Shown one piece after another: positions 28,893-39,190 of a stretch of 64,000 bases of DNA (position 1 is its first letter; each line of letters opens with the position of its first letter). This stretch comes from Bacilli bacterium (GTDB lineage: Bacteria > Bacillota_I > Bacilli_A > RFN20 > UBA1709), in assembly GCA_028693955.1 (NCBI GenBank), contig JAQUUH010000002.1:9264-73263 (forward strand), read 5' to 3'. Position numbers and translations under genes: made by a program. The notes beneath the pieces are model-generated. The model did not search any database and had not been told where the DNA came from. It saw only the letters and a program-made list of their open reading frames with translations.

Positions 28893-29803
28893 CTGTTTTT
28901 CTGACTATTTACTATATCCATTAATTCTTTCAAATTAATAGTCTGAACATTCTCTTTATTTTCTAATCTAACTTGCTTTGTAAGAATGTTAATACTAGTG
29001 ACCTTAAATTGCTCTTTTTGATAAAAAACTTTTTGGCCTATTTTTGGCAATCCTTTTCTTTGTTCACTATAATTATCATCTTCATACTTTAAACAACAAA
29101 TTAATTTACCACAATGACCAGATAATTTTTGAATATTCAATACTAAAAATTGATTTTTAGCCATATTTATACTTATACCATCAAAGGTACCTAAAAAAGT
29201 ATTGCAACATAAAGGCAATCCACAAACACCCAAACCACCAATTATTTTCGAACGATCCCTTGTTCCAATTTGTCTTAATTCAATTCTACATTTTAATTTT
29301 GAAGCTAAATCTTTTAATAATTCTCTAAAATCTACACGATTTTCTGAAGAATAAACAATTATTATTTTAGAAGCATCTAAGGTATAATCTGCTTTTAACA
29401 AACGCATATCTAGTCCTAATTTTTCAACAGACTCTTTACAAACTTCTAAAGCTTTACTGGCATTTATGATGTTTTCTTCATAATTTTTTATATCTTTTTC
29501 TTCACTTTTCCGTATTATTGGTCGTAAAACTAAATCACCAGAAAATTCTTTTATACTTTTGGGCTCTTTAGTAACACTACCAAGTTCAATTCCTCTTACT
29601 GTTTCTACAACGACTTTTTCTCCATTCAAAAAATCATTATTATATGAATGGAAAAAATACGACTTTGCATTACCCGCAAAACTAACCCCAACAATATATC
29701 CTTCTGTATAATGCTTACCACTTTCTTCATTATCAAATATGGATTTACTATCATCTTCTAAATGAGATAAATTTTCATCCACTTCATTAACTTCATGAAC
29801 CAT
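28889..29803 (-). CDS. ricT: PSP1-domain protein RicT (YaaT)
   Basis: Strong colinear match to B. subtilis YaaT: VETVRGIELGSV, RVDFRELLKDLASKLKCRIELRQIG, and the Cys cluster GGLGVCGLPLCCNTFLG...CGKLICCLKYE. It has a ~30-aa acidic N-terminal extension. Confidence 0.85.
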   Translation of the reverse strand: MVHEVNEVDENLSHLEDDSKSIFDNEESGKHYTEGYIVGVSFAGNAKSYFFHSYNNDFLNGEKVVVETVRGIELGSVTKEPKSIKEFSGDLVLRPIIRKSEEKDIKNYEENIINASKALEVCKESVEKLGLDMRLLKADYTLDASKIIIVYSSENRVDFRELLKDLASKLKCRIELRQIGTRDRSKIIGGLGVCGLPLCCNTFLGTFDGISINMAKNQFLVLNIQKLSGHCGKLICCLKYEDDNYSEQRKGLPKIGQKVFYQKEQFKVTSINILTKQVRLENKENVQTINLKELMDIVNSQKNR

Positions 29804-29807
29804 ATAA

Positions 29808-30794
29808 TCACTCTCCTTTATTGTAAACTATCTTATAAAATAAACTATCTAAAAGTAAATTTACTTCACAATTAAGAAATATTTTATTTTTTTCTATCAT
29901 AATATGCTCAATCATTTTTTGAACATTAACTTTTTCCATAACTAACTTTGTTAAAATATCCTTTTGATTAACAAATAGAATTTCTTGACCTAGTGATAAT
30001 TTTAACACATCTTGTAATAATGTTTCCAATAAATCAAGATAAATAAAACAATTGTTTTTATCTTTTTTGATTTTAGGCATAACTTCTTTTTGAATAAAGT
30101 AATTTAATCCTAAAATATCTTTTTCAATTTGGATTACTGTTTCAATTACTAAATCTTTAATCATTACAAATTCTTGATTATTATATATTTCCATAATTTC
30201 TTCAATATCACTATATTTTGAAGATAAAATTAAAGCATCTTCATGGTCCACACCTTTTCCTTGTATCTCATTTATAATCTCTTGTTTAGAAAATGTCATC
30301 AATCGAAGTAATTGACATCTTGAAATTATTGTATCTAATACCATATTTATATTTTCTGTAGTTAAAATAGCCACAACATCATCAGTCGGATCCTCCAAAA
30401 ATTTTAACAAAGAATTTATTGCACCCGCAGTTGCTTTTTCAATCATATGAATAACATATATTTTTAAGCCTTTATTTTCTAATGCTGTTTTAGAAAATGC
30501 TGATTGTATATATTCTACATCTTCTTTTTTAATTGTTGCTTTTGAGCCATCAACCAAAATGAAATCACTATAACTTCCATCAGCAACTCTTATACATGTT
30601 AAGCATTCTTCACAAGCAAGAGGGGAAGGATTCTCACATAAAAAACTTTGAGCAAGAAAAATTGCCATTTCTTTTGTGGGAGCTCCTTTGCTCGCACTAA
30701 TTAAATAAGCATGACTTTTTTTATCATGTAAAAAAGCATTCTGTATGGTTTTATACGCAACTTTTTGCGAGGTTTCAAGAATATTCTTAATCAT
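29808..30794 (-). CDS. holB: DNA polymerase III delta' subunit
   Basis: AAA+ clamp-loader fold with a degenerate P-loop ([13 protein letters not shown]) and a Zn module CEECLTC. The tmk-holB-yaaT synteny is conserved. Confidence 0.8.
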   Translation of the reverse strand: MIKNILETSQKVAYKTIQNAFLHDKKSHAYLISASKGAPTKEMAIFLAQSFLCENPSPLACEECLTCIRVADGSYSDFILVDGSKATIKKEDVEYIQSAFSKTALENKGLKIYVIHMIEKATAGAINSLLKFLEDPTDDVVAILTTENINMVLDTIISRCQLLRLMTFSKQEIINEIQGKGVDHEDALILSSKYSDIEEIMEIYNNQEFVMIKDLVIETVIQIEKDILGLNYFIQKEVMPKIKKDKNNCFIYLDLLETLLQDVLKLSLGQEILFVNQKDILTKLVMEKVNVQKMIEHIMIEKNKIFLNCEVNLLLDSLFYKIVYNKGE

Positions 30795-31428
30795 CTTTTT
30801 GGCTTTCCCTTATTTTTTTATAAACTAGTTCTTCTAATTGTTCATAAACTTCATCAAAACTTAATGATGCATCAATTGCTTTAATTCTTTGAGGATACTT
30901 TTTAAGTAATATTTCATATCCTTCACAAACTTTTTGATGAAATTCTATCTTTTCTAAATCTAATCTATTTATTTCTCTATTTATATCTTTATTTATTCTT
31001 TTTAATCCTTCAAAAGCATCTATTTTAAAATAAACTGTTAAATCCGGTAATTTACCTTTTGTAGCAAAAAGATTAACATTTAATACTTCATCAATACCTA
31101 AACCTCTTGCATATCCTTGATAGGCAAGAGAACTGTCTATAAAACGATCACATATTACTATTTTTCCTTCATTAAGGGCTGGAAGTACTTTTTCCACAAG
31201 GTGTTGTCTTCTTGCTGCGGCATATAAAAGTGCTTCAGTATTTTTATCCATAGCTGTATTTTTTTTATTTAATATTATTTGTCTTATTTCTTCAGCTATT
31301 TCACTGCCTCCTGGTTCTCTAGTATATAAAACATTTATGCCCTTTTCTTTCATGTTTTTTATAAGACGCAAACACGTTGTGGTTTTGCCACTTCCTTCTG
31401 GTCCTTCTATTGTAATAAATAAAGCCAT
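30787..31428 (-). CDS. tmk: Thymidylate kinase
   Basis: P-loop [13 protein letters not shown], a DRF/DRY motif ([13 protein letters not shown]) and a LID region. Confidence 0.9.
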   Translation of the reverse strand: MALFITIEGPEGSGKTTTCLRLIKNMKEKGINVLYTREPGGSEIAEEIRQIILNKKNTAMDKNTEALLYAAARRQHLVEKVLPALNEGKIVICDRFIDSSLAYQGYARGLGIDEVLNVNLFATKGKLPDLTVYFKIDAFEGLKRINKDINREINRLDLEKIEFHQKVCEGYEILLKKYPQRIKAIDASLSFDEVYEQLEELVYKKIRESQKDD

Positions 31429-31552
31429 ATTTTCACCTCAAATAAGTATTCATATCTATAAAATATTATATATTAATTGTACCATTATTTCTATAAATAA
31501 TAAGTCATATATAAAAGAAGAGACATCCATAAAATTATCTCTTCTTAAATAA

Positions 31553-32149
31553 TTATATTTTCTTTCTACCTTCTATTGCTTTTAATAAAGTAAATTCATC
31601 AGTATAATCTAAATTTCCTCCAACTGGTAATCCATATGCAAGTCTTGTAACAATAACATCATATTTCTCAAGTACTTTTGCAATATAATGAGCTGTGGTT
31701 TCTCCTTCAATGTTAGGGTTGGTCGCAATTATAATTTCTTTTATATTGCCCTTGGAGATTCTTTCTATTAAAGTCGATATATTTATATCACTTGGTCCTG
31801 TCCCATTTGTGACTGAAATAACTCCGTGTAATATATGATATTTCCCTTTATATTCTTTGGCTCTTTCTAAAGCAAATGCATCTTTAGGTGTTTGTACAAC
31901 ACAAATAATTGAATCATCCCTAGATTCATCTAAACAGACATCACAAAATTCATTTTCAGTTATTTGTCCACATATTTTACAATGATGTATTTTAGTTTTA
32001 GAATCTATAAGACTTGAAGCAAATTCTTGAATATCCTTCATATCCATATCAATTATTTGATATGCCATTCTTTCTGCAGATTTTGTCCCTATTCCTGGTA
32101 ATCTTGTTAAAGATTCTACTAATTTTTCAAATGATACTGGATATTTCAT
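31553..32149 (-). CDS. recR: Recombination protein RecR
   Basis: HhH, a C4 zinc finger CKICGQITENEFCDVC, a Toprim domain and the Walker-B-like IIATNPNIEGE. Confidence 0.93.
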   Translation of the reverse strand: MKYPVSFEKLVESLTRLPGIGTKSAERMAYQIIDMDMKDIQEFASSLIDSKTKIHHCKICGQITENEFCDVCLDESRDDSIICVVQTPKDAFALERAKEYKGKYHILHGVISVTNGTGPSDINISTLIERISKGNIKEIIIATNPNIEGETTAHYIAKVLEKYDVIVTRLAYGLPVGGNLDYTDEFTLLKAIEGRKKI

Positions 32150-32150
32150 T

Positions 32151-33995
32151 TTACTTATCCTCTACTTTCAAAAATGAACCAAATAAAGATTCCCCAAGTT
32201 CCAAAGCCTTATTAGAATCTTCCTTAACCTCTAAACTCTCTTTTTTATCTTCAGCTATATTTTCATTTATTTTTGGTTGCTTTATTTCTTGAGGCAATGG
32301 CAACTTATTAGAACTACGCTTCAACAAAAAATCTTGCCTATGTCTTTTAAAATCAGCATCTGTTATTGCATAAAAAACAAAATTCTTTCCAAGTAATTCA
32401 ACCAAAAAATCTTGAACAAGTAAATAATTAGCAACTTTATTGACTAAATTAGCTTGTGGCCTATCTAAGTAACTAAGTATGATTCCTGATGGTGCTACTG
32501 CCTCTGGCTTACCATCTAATATCAAACTTACAGCTCCAGCATATTTTGATTGTGTCATATAACTTTTTAATAATCTCCATCTGCTAACTACAAATTCTTT
32601 ATCACTTTTTGTGGCTTGAACCAAAACATTTAAGATATCATCGTCTGAAAAAACTATACTTTCTTGTGATTTAATATTTATTGATGGTTCACTAACTTTT
32701 TCTTTATTTTCTTTACTTTTTTCTTCTTCTTTCTTTTCGGGTTCTTTTATTTGTTCTTCTTCTTTATTCAAAATATTATCGATTTCTACTATTACTTCTT
32801 CTTTTTCTACTTCAACACTTTTTTGCTTTGAAGATTCTTTTTCTACCTCAACAACTTTAATTTCTTCTTTTATGTTTATAAAATCATTAATAATATTTTG
32901 TTGTTTTTTAGAAACTTCACATAATTTTAATATTGCTAATTCAAAAAATGAACGAGGACTATTAACTCTACGATAATTATCTAGTGCTTCTATTAAAATA
33001 TTAATATAATCAAAAGCTAAATTAACTCCAACTATTTCTGCCTCTTTAATTATGCTTTCTTTGTTAGTCAATGTTAAAAAATTAGAATCTTTGGTATTAT
33101 TAAAAACAATTATTTCTTTAAGTATATCTATTAATGATGAAGTAAAACGAGCAATATCTATTCCCCGATAATCAAAATCATTAATTTTTTCTAAACTCGA
33201 TGCTGTATCTCCTTTATGAAATAATTCAATAAATTCAACTATTTCTGCCGTAGATGCTACTCCATATATATCTCTAACATGTTGAGCTTTTAAATCATTC
33301 CCTGCATAAGCAATAGCTTGGTCTAATATTCCTATTGCGTCTCTTACTCCTCCATCTGCTAACTCCGCAATTAACTCAATTGCTTCATCTTCATAATTAA
33401 CTCCTTCTTGATTTAAAATCTCCACAATTTTCTTTTTAATATCTTCAATTGAAACTTTTCCAAAATCAAATCTTTGACATCTAGAAATTATTGTTGGCAA
33501 AACTTTATGAACTTCAGTTGTTGCTAATATAAATATTACATGAGCAGGCGGTTCTTCTAAAGTCTTGAGTAGAGCATTAAATGCTCCTTGAGACATCATA
33601 TGTACCTCATCAATTATATAAACTTTATATTTTCCTTCAATTGGTGCATACTTTACTTTATCAATTAAATCTCTTACCTCATCAACACCATTATTGCTTG
33701 CAGCATCAATTTCTATTACGTCTGGATGTATGCCTTCAGCAATAGCAGTGCAATTATCACATTCATTGCATGGCTTATCATCAAATTTACTTGTACAATT
33801 TACTCCTTTTGCAAGTAATTTTGCTAAAGTGGTTTTACCTGTGCCTCTTGGACCAGTAAAAAGATAGGCATGTGCTATCTTATTTTGATTAATTGCATTT
33901 TTTAATGTTTGCAAAATATATTTTTGTCCTACGACCTCATCAAATGTTTGAGGTCTATATATTCTATATAATGCTTTATACGCCACTATAACCAC
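32151..33995 (-). CDS. dnaX: DNA polymerase III subunits tau/gamma
   Basis: AAA+ GPRGTGKTT, a Zn module CxxC..C..C, the SRC motif (ISRCQRF), and a long Lys/Glu-rich linker plus C-terminal domain. Confidence 0.93.
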   Translation of the reverse strand: MVIVAYKALYRIYRPQTFDEVVGQKYILQTLKNAINQNKIAHAYLFTGPRGTGKTTLAKLLAKGVNCTSKFDDKPCNECDNCTAIAEGIHPDVIEIDAASNNGVDEVRDLIDKVKYAPIEGKYKVYIIDEVHMMSQGAFNALLKTLEEPPAHVIFILATTEVHKVLPTIISRCQRFDFGKVSIEDIKKKIVEILNQEGVNYEDEAIELIAELADGGVRDAIGILDQAIAYAGNDLKAQHVRDIYGVASTAEIVEFIELFHKGDTASSLEKINDFDYRGIDIARFTSSLIDILKEIIVFNNTKDSNFLTLTNKESIIKEAEIVGVNLAFDYINILIEALDNYRRVNSPRSFFELAILKLCEVSKKQQNIINDFINIKEEIKVVEVEKESSKQKSVEVEKEEVIVEIDNILNKEEEQIKEPEKKEEEKSKENKEKVSEPSINIKSQESIVFSDDDILNVLVQATKSDKEFVVSRWRLLKSYMTQSKYAGAVSLILDGKPEAVAPSGIILSYLDRPQANLVNKVANYLLVQDFLVELLGKNFVFYAITDADFKRHRQDFLLKRSSNKLPLPQEIKQPKINENIAEDKKESLEVKEDSNKALELGESLFGSFLKVEDK

Positions 33996-34062
33996 CTACT
34001 TGTAAGATTATTATACTATAAATAGAGGGGTTTTGTTGATAAAAAAAGGAAAAATAATTTAA

Positions 34063-34512
34063 CTATTTTTCTCTTTTATTTTTAAAATAATCTTTTAATA
34101 TTTGAGAACACTCTTTCTCCATTATTCCTCCTTGAAAATTAGGGTAATGATTTAGCCCCTTTGTGTCCAAAATTTTTATGTTTGAAGATAAAGCTCCACC
34201 TTTAAAATCATATGCTCCAAAATAAATATTAGAAATACGATAATTTATCATAGCACCAACACACATTATACAAGGCTCTAAAGTAACATAGATATCACAT
34301 CCATCAAGTCTCCAATCTCCAATAACCTTAGCCGCTTTTATTAAACAATTTATTTCAGCATGAAAAATAGATGATTTCTTTTCTTCTTTTAAGTTTGTTG
34401 CTCTTGCAATTATTTTTTCATCTTTTACTATCACACAGCCAACAGGAACCTCATCCTTATTAAATCCTTTTTGTGCCATTTTTAAGGCTTCTTTCATATA
34501 TTTTATATTCAT
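34063..34512 (-). CDS. tadA: tRNA-specific adenosine deaminase
   Basis: CDA fold with HAEINCL and PCIMCVGAM zinc ligands. Confidence 0.9.
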   Translation of the reverse strand: MNIKYMKEALKMAQKGFNKDEVPVGCVIVKDEKIIARATNLKEEKKSSIFHAEINCLIKAAKVIGDWRLDGCDIYVTLEPCIMCVGAMINYRISNIYFGAYDFKGGALSSNIKILDTKGLNHYPNFQGGIMEKECSQILKDYFKNKREK

Positions 34513-34517
34513 TAAAC

Positions 34518-34610
34518 TCTCCTAATAAAAGTGCCATATCACATATTTAAACTACTTAAGGCTGCTACCTTCCGATCCTGACCTGGTTCATAGACAAACA
34601 TTGATATGGC
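34518..34610 (-). ncRNA. ffs: Signal recognition particle RNA, small (4.5S-type, no Alu domain)
   Basis: The minus-strand transcript contains the domain IV core AACCAGGUCAGGAUCGGAAGGUAGCAGCCUUAAG (cf. E. coli CCAGGUCAGGUCCGGAAGGAAGCAGCCAAGG). A closing helix GCCAUAUCA...UGAUAUGGC is followed by a U-run. The ends are approximate. Confidence 0.8.
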
Positions 34611-34641
34611 ATAAATAGTATAATGTAAAAACTTAATTTTA

Positions 34642-35859
34642 TCAACTTAAACTCTTTGTTTTTTCTTTGTATATTTGTTCTACTGCAATTGACCACTTAA
34701 CTGCCTCTTGTCCATTTTCTAAAACAAATTTATATATATTCATATTTCTAGCAATCTCAAAATTTTCTCCAGCTCTATATGGTAAGGATTCAATATTTTT
34801 CAAATCAAATTCTAAATTATTTTTATCTAAAGAATCAATGAAAATTATTTTTTCATTTTTACTTAATTCTACAATTCCTTCTCCAATTAATTCTATTTTT
34901 TGAGTTTTTAAATTTGGTGAATAAACCTTAGTCCTAGATTTAAGAGAAATTTTATTATTTTTTATTTCTTCATTAACTTTTCTTTCTTGATAGCTATACC
35001 AATCTAGTGGACTTTCAAAAAAACTATTTTCTTTAAAAAATCCATAATCATCTATTGTTAAGTCTATTCTACATTTACAGCATTGGATATGGTTATTATA
35101 ACTCTTTGTCATAAATTCACTTTCACAATTTGGACACTTATACAATATATTCTCTAGTTTTTCTGCTAGATTTTTACCTTTATATGGTATCATATTTTTC
35201 TTTTGCCAATCATACTCATTGTAATATATTTTTTTATTTATCAATCTTGTTAAAAAATCAAGATTTTCATTAATTAATTTTTCTTTTGGAATTAGTAAAC
35301 AAAGCGATGAATGTACTTCGCCTTTTCTTTTATTTATTGCCCATTTAGGAGATGATAAATACGCTCCTTCTATATTTAAAAAATAAACCGGTACTTTCAT
35401 TTTAATTAATAATTTTGTAAGAGATTTAGTGGTTTCTTGCCCAACTCCACAGCTTGGAAGTCTTCCTGTAGGAAAAAGTCCAATTATTCCTCCTTTTTCA
35501 ATTACCTTTAATATTTTTTTCATAGCTAAAATATCATTTTGATATTGAAATTTTGGAATTACTTGGAGTAATTTAAACAATATACGCAAAAAACTATTAT
35601 AAAAATATGAATATCCACCTACAAAATTAACTCTACGTGGATATGATGAAACCCCCATTATTAAAGGATCATAAATTGATTGGTGTTTACCTAAAATTAC
35701 ACAAGGTCCTTCTATTTTTCTAAAATTTGAATTTTCATTTTTAAGTCTTAATTTAAATTTCAAAAAAATTTTAACTAAAAAATATCCTAAATGCCAAAAC
35801 AAGAAATTAGGCAATTTTATGGATTCATTATTTTTCATGAATTCACCTCTTTTAAGCAA
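34642..35859 (-). CDS. Lysophospholipid acyltransferase (PlsC/LPLAT family) with a C-terminal Cys-rich extension
   Basis: HX4D motif GKHQSIYDP and an FPTGR-like FPTGRLP block. A ~180-aa C-terminal extension contains CPNC...CCKC. Confidence 0.6.
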   Translation of the reverse strand: MLKRGEFMKNNESIKLPNFLFWHLGYFLVKIFLKFKLRLKNENSNFRKIEGPCVILGKHQSIYDPLIMGVSSYPRRVNFVGGYSYFYNSFLRILFKLLQVIPKFQYQNDILAMKKILKVIEKGGIIGLFPTGRLPSCGVGQETTKSLTKLLIKMKVPVYFLNIEGAYLSSPKWAINKRKGEVHSSLCLLIPKEKLINENLDFLTRLINKKIYYNEYDWQKKNMIPYKGKNLAEKLENILYKCPNCESEFMTKSYNNHIQCCKCRIDLTIDDYGFFKENSFFESPLDWYSYQERKVNEEIKNNKISLKSRTKVYSPNLKTQKIELIGEGIVELSKNEKIIFIDSLDKNNLEFDLKNIESLPYRAGENFEIARNMNIYKFVLENGQEAVKWSIAVEQIYKEKTKSLS

Positions 35860-35883
35860 TAAAAAGGGCAGAACCCTTTTTAT

Positions 35884-36840
35884 TTAGATATTATATAAAT
35901 CGTATACTATGCTTAACGGCAATCCAAGTTCAATATGTTCTATTGCTTTTGCTATCATTGGAGCAACAGAAAGAACTTTAATCTTACTTATTTTTTTATC
36001 TTCACTTAAAGGTATTGTATTTGTTATTACAATCTCATCAAATACTGAACATTCTAACTTTTTAATTGCATCTCCAGAAAATATACCATGAGAACAAGCA
36101 GCATAAACCCTACTTGCACCAGCATCCATAAGAGCTTTTGCACCAGCACAAATCGTACCCCCAGTATCAATAATATCGTCTATCATTATTGCTACTTTTC
36201 CTTTAACATCACCAATAATACCCATTACTTCAGCAACATTAGGTTTTGGTCTTCTTTTATCAATAATAGCTATTGGTGCATTTAATATTGTTCCCAATTT
36301 TCTTGCTCTTGTTGTCCCTCCATGATCTGGCGAAACAACAACTATTTCTTCATCTTTATTTATAACTTTCTTAAAATATCTACCAAACAATGGTATCGCC
36401 GACAAGTCATCAACAGGGCAATCAAAAAAGCCTTGAATTTGTGGAGCATGTAAGTCCATTGTTATAACTCTATGAATTCCAGAAACTTGTAGTAAATCAG
36501 CAACTAATTTTGCTGAAATAGGCTCTCTAGCTTTTGCTTTTCTATCTTGTCTTGCATATCCATAATAAGGAATAACTGCATTAATTTCTCTTGCAGAACC
36601 TCTTTTCAAGCCATCAGCAAATACTAATACTTCCATTAATCTTTCAGTAACTGGTGAACAAGTGGATTGAATTATATAAACATTTTTGCCTCTTACCGAT
36701 TGGAGTGTCTCTACCATAACTTCGCCATCAGCAAAATGTTTTACTTCAACATCACCTAGTTCTAACCCTAATTGATTAACAACCTCAAGTGCCATATCCT
36801 TGTTGGCTGTTAAAGCAAATACGACAGTTTTTTCTAGCAT
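35884..36840 (-). CDS. prs: Ribose-phosphate pyrophosphokinase
   Basis: PRPP synthetase motifs (FADGEV, DLHAPQIQGFF, the PRPP-binding loop DDIIDTGGT). The start is at Met 36840 (MLEKTVV...) preceded by AGGGGGAAG. The upstream ATG 36873 in the ORF track (MILKGRLGGRV...) lacks an RBS. Confidence 0.92.
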   Translation of the reverse strand: MLEKTVVFALTANKDMALEVVNQLGLELGDVEVKHFADGEVMVETLQSVRGKNVYIIQSTCSPVTERLMEVLVFADGLKRGSAREINAVIPYYGYARQDRKAKAREPISAKLVADLLQVSGIHRVITMDLHAPQIQGFFDCPVDDLSAIPLFGRYFKKVINKDEEIVVVSPDHGGTTRARKLGTILNAPIAIIDKRRPKPNVAEVMGIIGDVKGKVAIMIDDIIDTGGTICAGAKALMDAGASRVYAACSHGIFSGDAIKKLECSVFDEIVITNTIPLSEDKKISKIKVLSVAPMIAKAIEHIELGLPLSIVYDLYNI

Positions 36841-36915
36841 AACTCTTCCCCCTAAACGCCCTTTTAGAATCAACTACTATATTATAATATCGCAAAAAAG
36901 TTTATAAATCTATAT

Positions 36916-37770
36916 TCAATAGACTTTTTGACAAGACTTTACAAAATAAATTTTATTATCAAATTGAGTTAGAGTAGTATTTATTAATTTTTTGTCTTTA
37001 GTAAAAGCAAAAACAGAAGAACCACTTCCACTTACCATCACAAAATCAAATCCTAAATTCAATAATTTTTCTTTTATTTTGCCTATTTCTGGGCATAACT
37101 TAATAGCAGGATATTCTAAATCATTATACATATTATTAATAACTTCTTCATAATTTCCGCTTTCTAAACTATTAATTAATTTATTATTAAATTTATTATT
37201 ATTGGTTTTTTTATCATATTCTTTATAAACATCTTTAGTGTTTAACCCATTTTTTTTAATTTTTATAATTAAAATATAGGGATTTATTTTGTTTTTTATA
37301 GGTTTAATAATGTTTCCTGTTCCTTCTATATAAACAGAAGATTGATAAAAAAACAAAGGGATGTCTGACCCTAAACCTAAAACTATCTTTTTAAAATCTT
37401 CAATACCATAATTTAAACCTAAAACCTTACAAGCTAAAAGTAAACAATACGCTGCATTTGAACTACCGCCACCTAGACCTGCTTTAATAGGAATATTTTT
37501 TTCAATATGAACTTTAAAGCCACATTCTAGATCTGCATATTTTTGCAAAGATTCAAGAACTTTATATACTGTATTTTTATTGTCACATGGTACTTCTTCA
37601 TTATCACAAAAAATATTAATTTTCTTATTATCTTTAATTATATTTAAACTCACCATATCATATAAATCAATTTGTGATGCTATAGACTTTATATTATGTA
37701 AAATACTATTATTGACTAATGGCTCTACAATCAAAGAAAGATTTATTTTGGCATAACTTTTTATTTTCAT
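36916..37770 (-). CDS. ispE: 4-diphosphocytidyl-2-C-methyl-D-erythritol kinase (MEP pathway)
   Basis: GHMP kinase fold: AKINLSL and the ATP-binding PIKAGLGGGSSNAA. Confidence 0.8.
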   Translation of the reverse strand: MKIKSYAKINLSLIVEPLVNNSILHNIKSIASQIDLYDMVSLNIIKDNKKINIFCDNEEVPCDNKNTVYKVLESLQKYADLECGFKVHIEKNIPIKAGLGGGSSNAAYCLLLACKVLGLNYGIEDFKKIVLGLGSDIPLFFYQSSVYIEGTGNIIKPIKNKINPYILIIKIKKNGLNTKDVYKEYDKKTNNNKFNNKLINSLESGNYEEVINNMYNDLEYPAIKLCPEIGKIKEKLLNLGFDFVMVSGSGSSVFAFTKDKKLINTTLTQFDNKIYFVKSCQKVY

Positions 37771-38630
37771 AATAAGTTCACCTCTTTATATGTATTTATT
37801 TTTTTAGACAATTCTATAAATTTATAAATATCTAAATTCTCGGCTCTTTGTGATAAATCAATATTGCATTCTTTTAAAACTTTTTCACTAATCTCTTTAT
37901 TATTTATTTTTTGGTTAAGATTATTATAAATCGTTTTTCTTCTTTGCAAAAATATAGTTTTAATAACTTTAGTAAATATTTTTTTGTCTATTTCATTAAT
38001 GTTTTTAAACAAAAATTCAATAACAATAGAATCTATTTTGGGTCTTGGTAAAAAATCATTTTTAGAGACATATTTTATTATCTTATTATCAGTAAAAACA
38101 TTAGCCAAAATAGCCAACTCACTTTGATTTTTGCCCTTTTCATTTTTTACTATCTTATTTCCAACTTCTTTTTGCATCATTGTTATAACTTTTTTTATTT
38201 TACCACTTTCATCTTGGAATATTTTAAATAATATTTCACTCGTAATATAATAAGGCAAATTTGAAATTATAATTATTTCATTAGAATCTATTTCGTTTAT
38301 TACTTTTTTAAAATCCACCTTTAAAAAATCCTTATTTCTTATGTCAATATTAGTAAAGTTTGTTAATTCTTTTTTTAAAATAGGAATTAGAGAAGAATCT
38401 ATTTCATAACATATTAGTTTTTCAACTAAAGGTGCTATTTTTTCACTTAAGGCCCCAAGTCCTGGTCCAATTTCTATAACGACACTTTTGTTATTTAAGT
38501 TTGATTTTTGAACTATATCTTTTGCTGTTAAAGGGTTAATCAAAAAATTTTGCCCTAAAGATTTTTTAGGAGACAAATTATTTAATTTTAATAAAGCATC
38601 TGTCTTTTTTAATGTCGCTATTTCTAACAT
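37767..38630 (-). CDS. rsmA: 16S rRNA (adenine1518/1519-N6)-dimethyltransferase
   Basis: KsgA family: LGQNFLINP, a SAM site VIEIGPGLGALS and NLPY. Confidence 0.88.
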   Translation of the reverse strand: MLEIATLKKTDALLKLNNLSPKKSLGQNFLINPLTAKDIVQKSNLNNKSVVIEIGPGLGALSEKIAPLVEKLICYEIDSSLIPILKKELTNFTNIDIRNKDFLKVDFKKVINEIDSNEIIIISNLPYYITSEILFKIFQDESGKIKKVITMMQKEVGNKIVKNEKGKNQSELAILANVFTDNKIIKYVSKNDFLPRPKIDSIVIEFLFKNINEIDKKIFTKVIKTIFLQRRKTIYNNLNQKINNKEISEKVLKECNIDLSQRAENLDIYKFIELSKKINTYKEVNLL

Positions 38631-38641
38631 TTATTTTCTCC

Positions 38642-39190
38642 TTAACTATTTAATAATTCTTTTATTTTTTCTTTGTTAATTCCTAACATATTTAGCCTTT
38701 TTAATAATGTTTTAGCACTTCCATGTCCCAAATGAATTTTTTCTTCTAAACAAATTCTTTTTGCCTTTGCTTCTTTTGCTCCTATAAGACCTAATTCATA
38801 TAATTCTTGAATAGTTATCGTATTTTGCACTTCTTTAAATTCTATTATATTTTCTAAAGCTTCTAAAATTGTTTTCTTATCAGCATGTTCTACTCCTACT
38901 TTATTATTCTTTCTGCTATTTCTAGGACTAATAAAAGCATGTTTGCTTGTTGGTATTGATGTTTGTATTAATTTTCTTATTCTTTCTCCTGGAGCATCAG
39001 GATCTGTTAAAACTATAATTTCTCTTCCTGAAGATGCGATTTCTTTCAACATATCTAGTGTTTCTTTAGGTAGTGAAGTCCCATCCGTTTTTATAAAGTC
39101 AGCATCTAGAAATGAAGAAAGCAAATCAATATCATGCTTGCCCTCTACCACAATAACTTGTTTTACTTTTTTAATCATTTTTGACTCCAA
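38642..39190 (-). CDS. rnmV: Ribonuclease M5 (5S rRNA maturase, Toprim domain)
   Basis: Toprim VIVVEGKHDIDLL...IIVLTDPDAPGERIRK. The tatD-rnmV-ksgA order matches Bacillus yabD-rnmV-ksgA. Confidence 0.8.
   Translation of the reverse strand: MESKMIKKVKQVIVVEGKHDIDLLSSFLDADFIKTDGTSLPKETLDMLKEIASSGREIIVLTDPDAPGERIRKLIQTSIPTSKHAFISPRNSRKNNKVGVEHADKKTILEALENIIEFKEVQNTITIQELYELGLIGAKEAKAKRICLEEKIHLGHGSAKTLLKRLNMLGINKEKIKELLNS

Noticed and set aside
35884-36873. N-terminal extension of prs (MILKGRLGGRV) in the ORF track
   Set aside because: The conserved PRPP synthetase N-terminus begins at MLEKTVV (ATG 36840), which has a strong AGGGGGAAG RBS. The upstream ATG has none.
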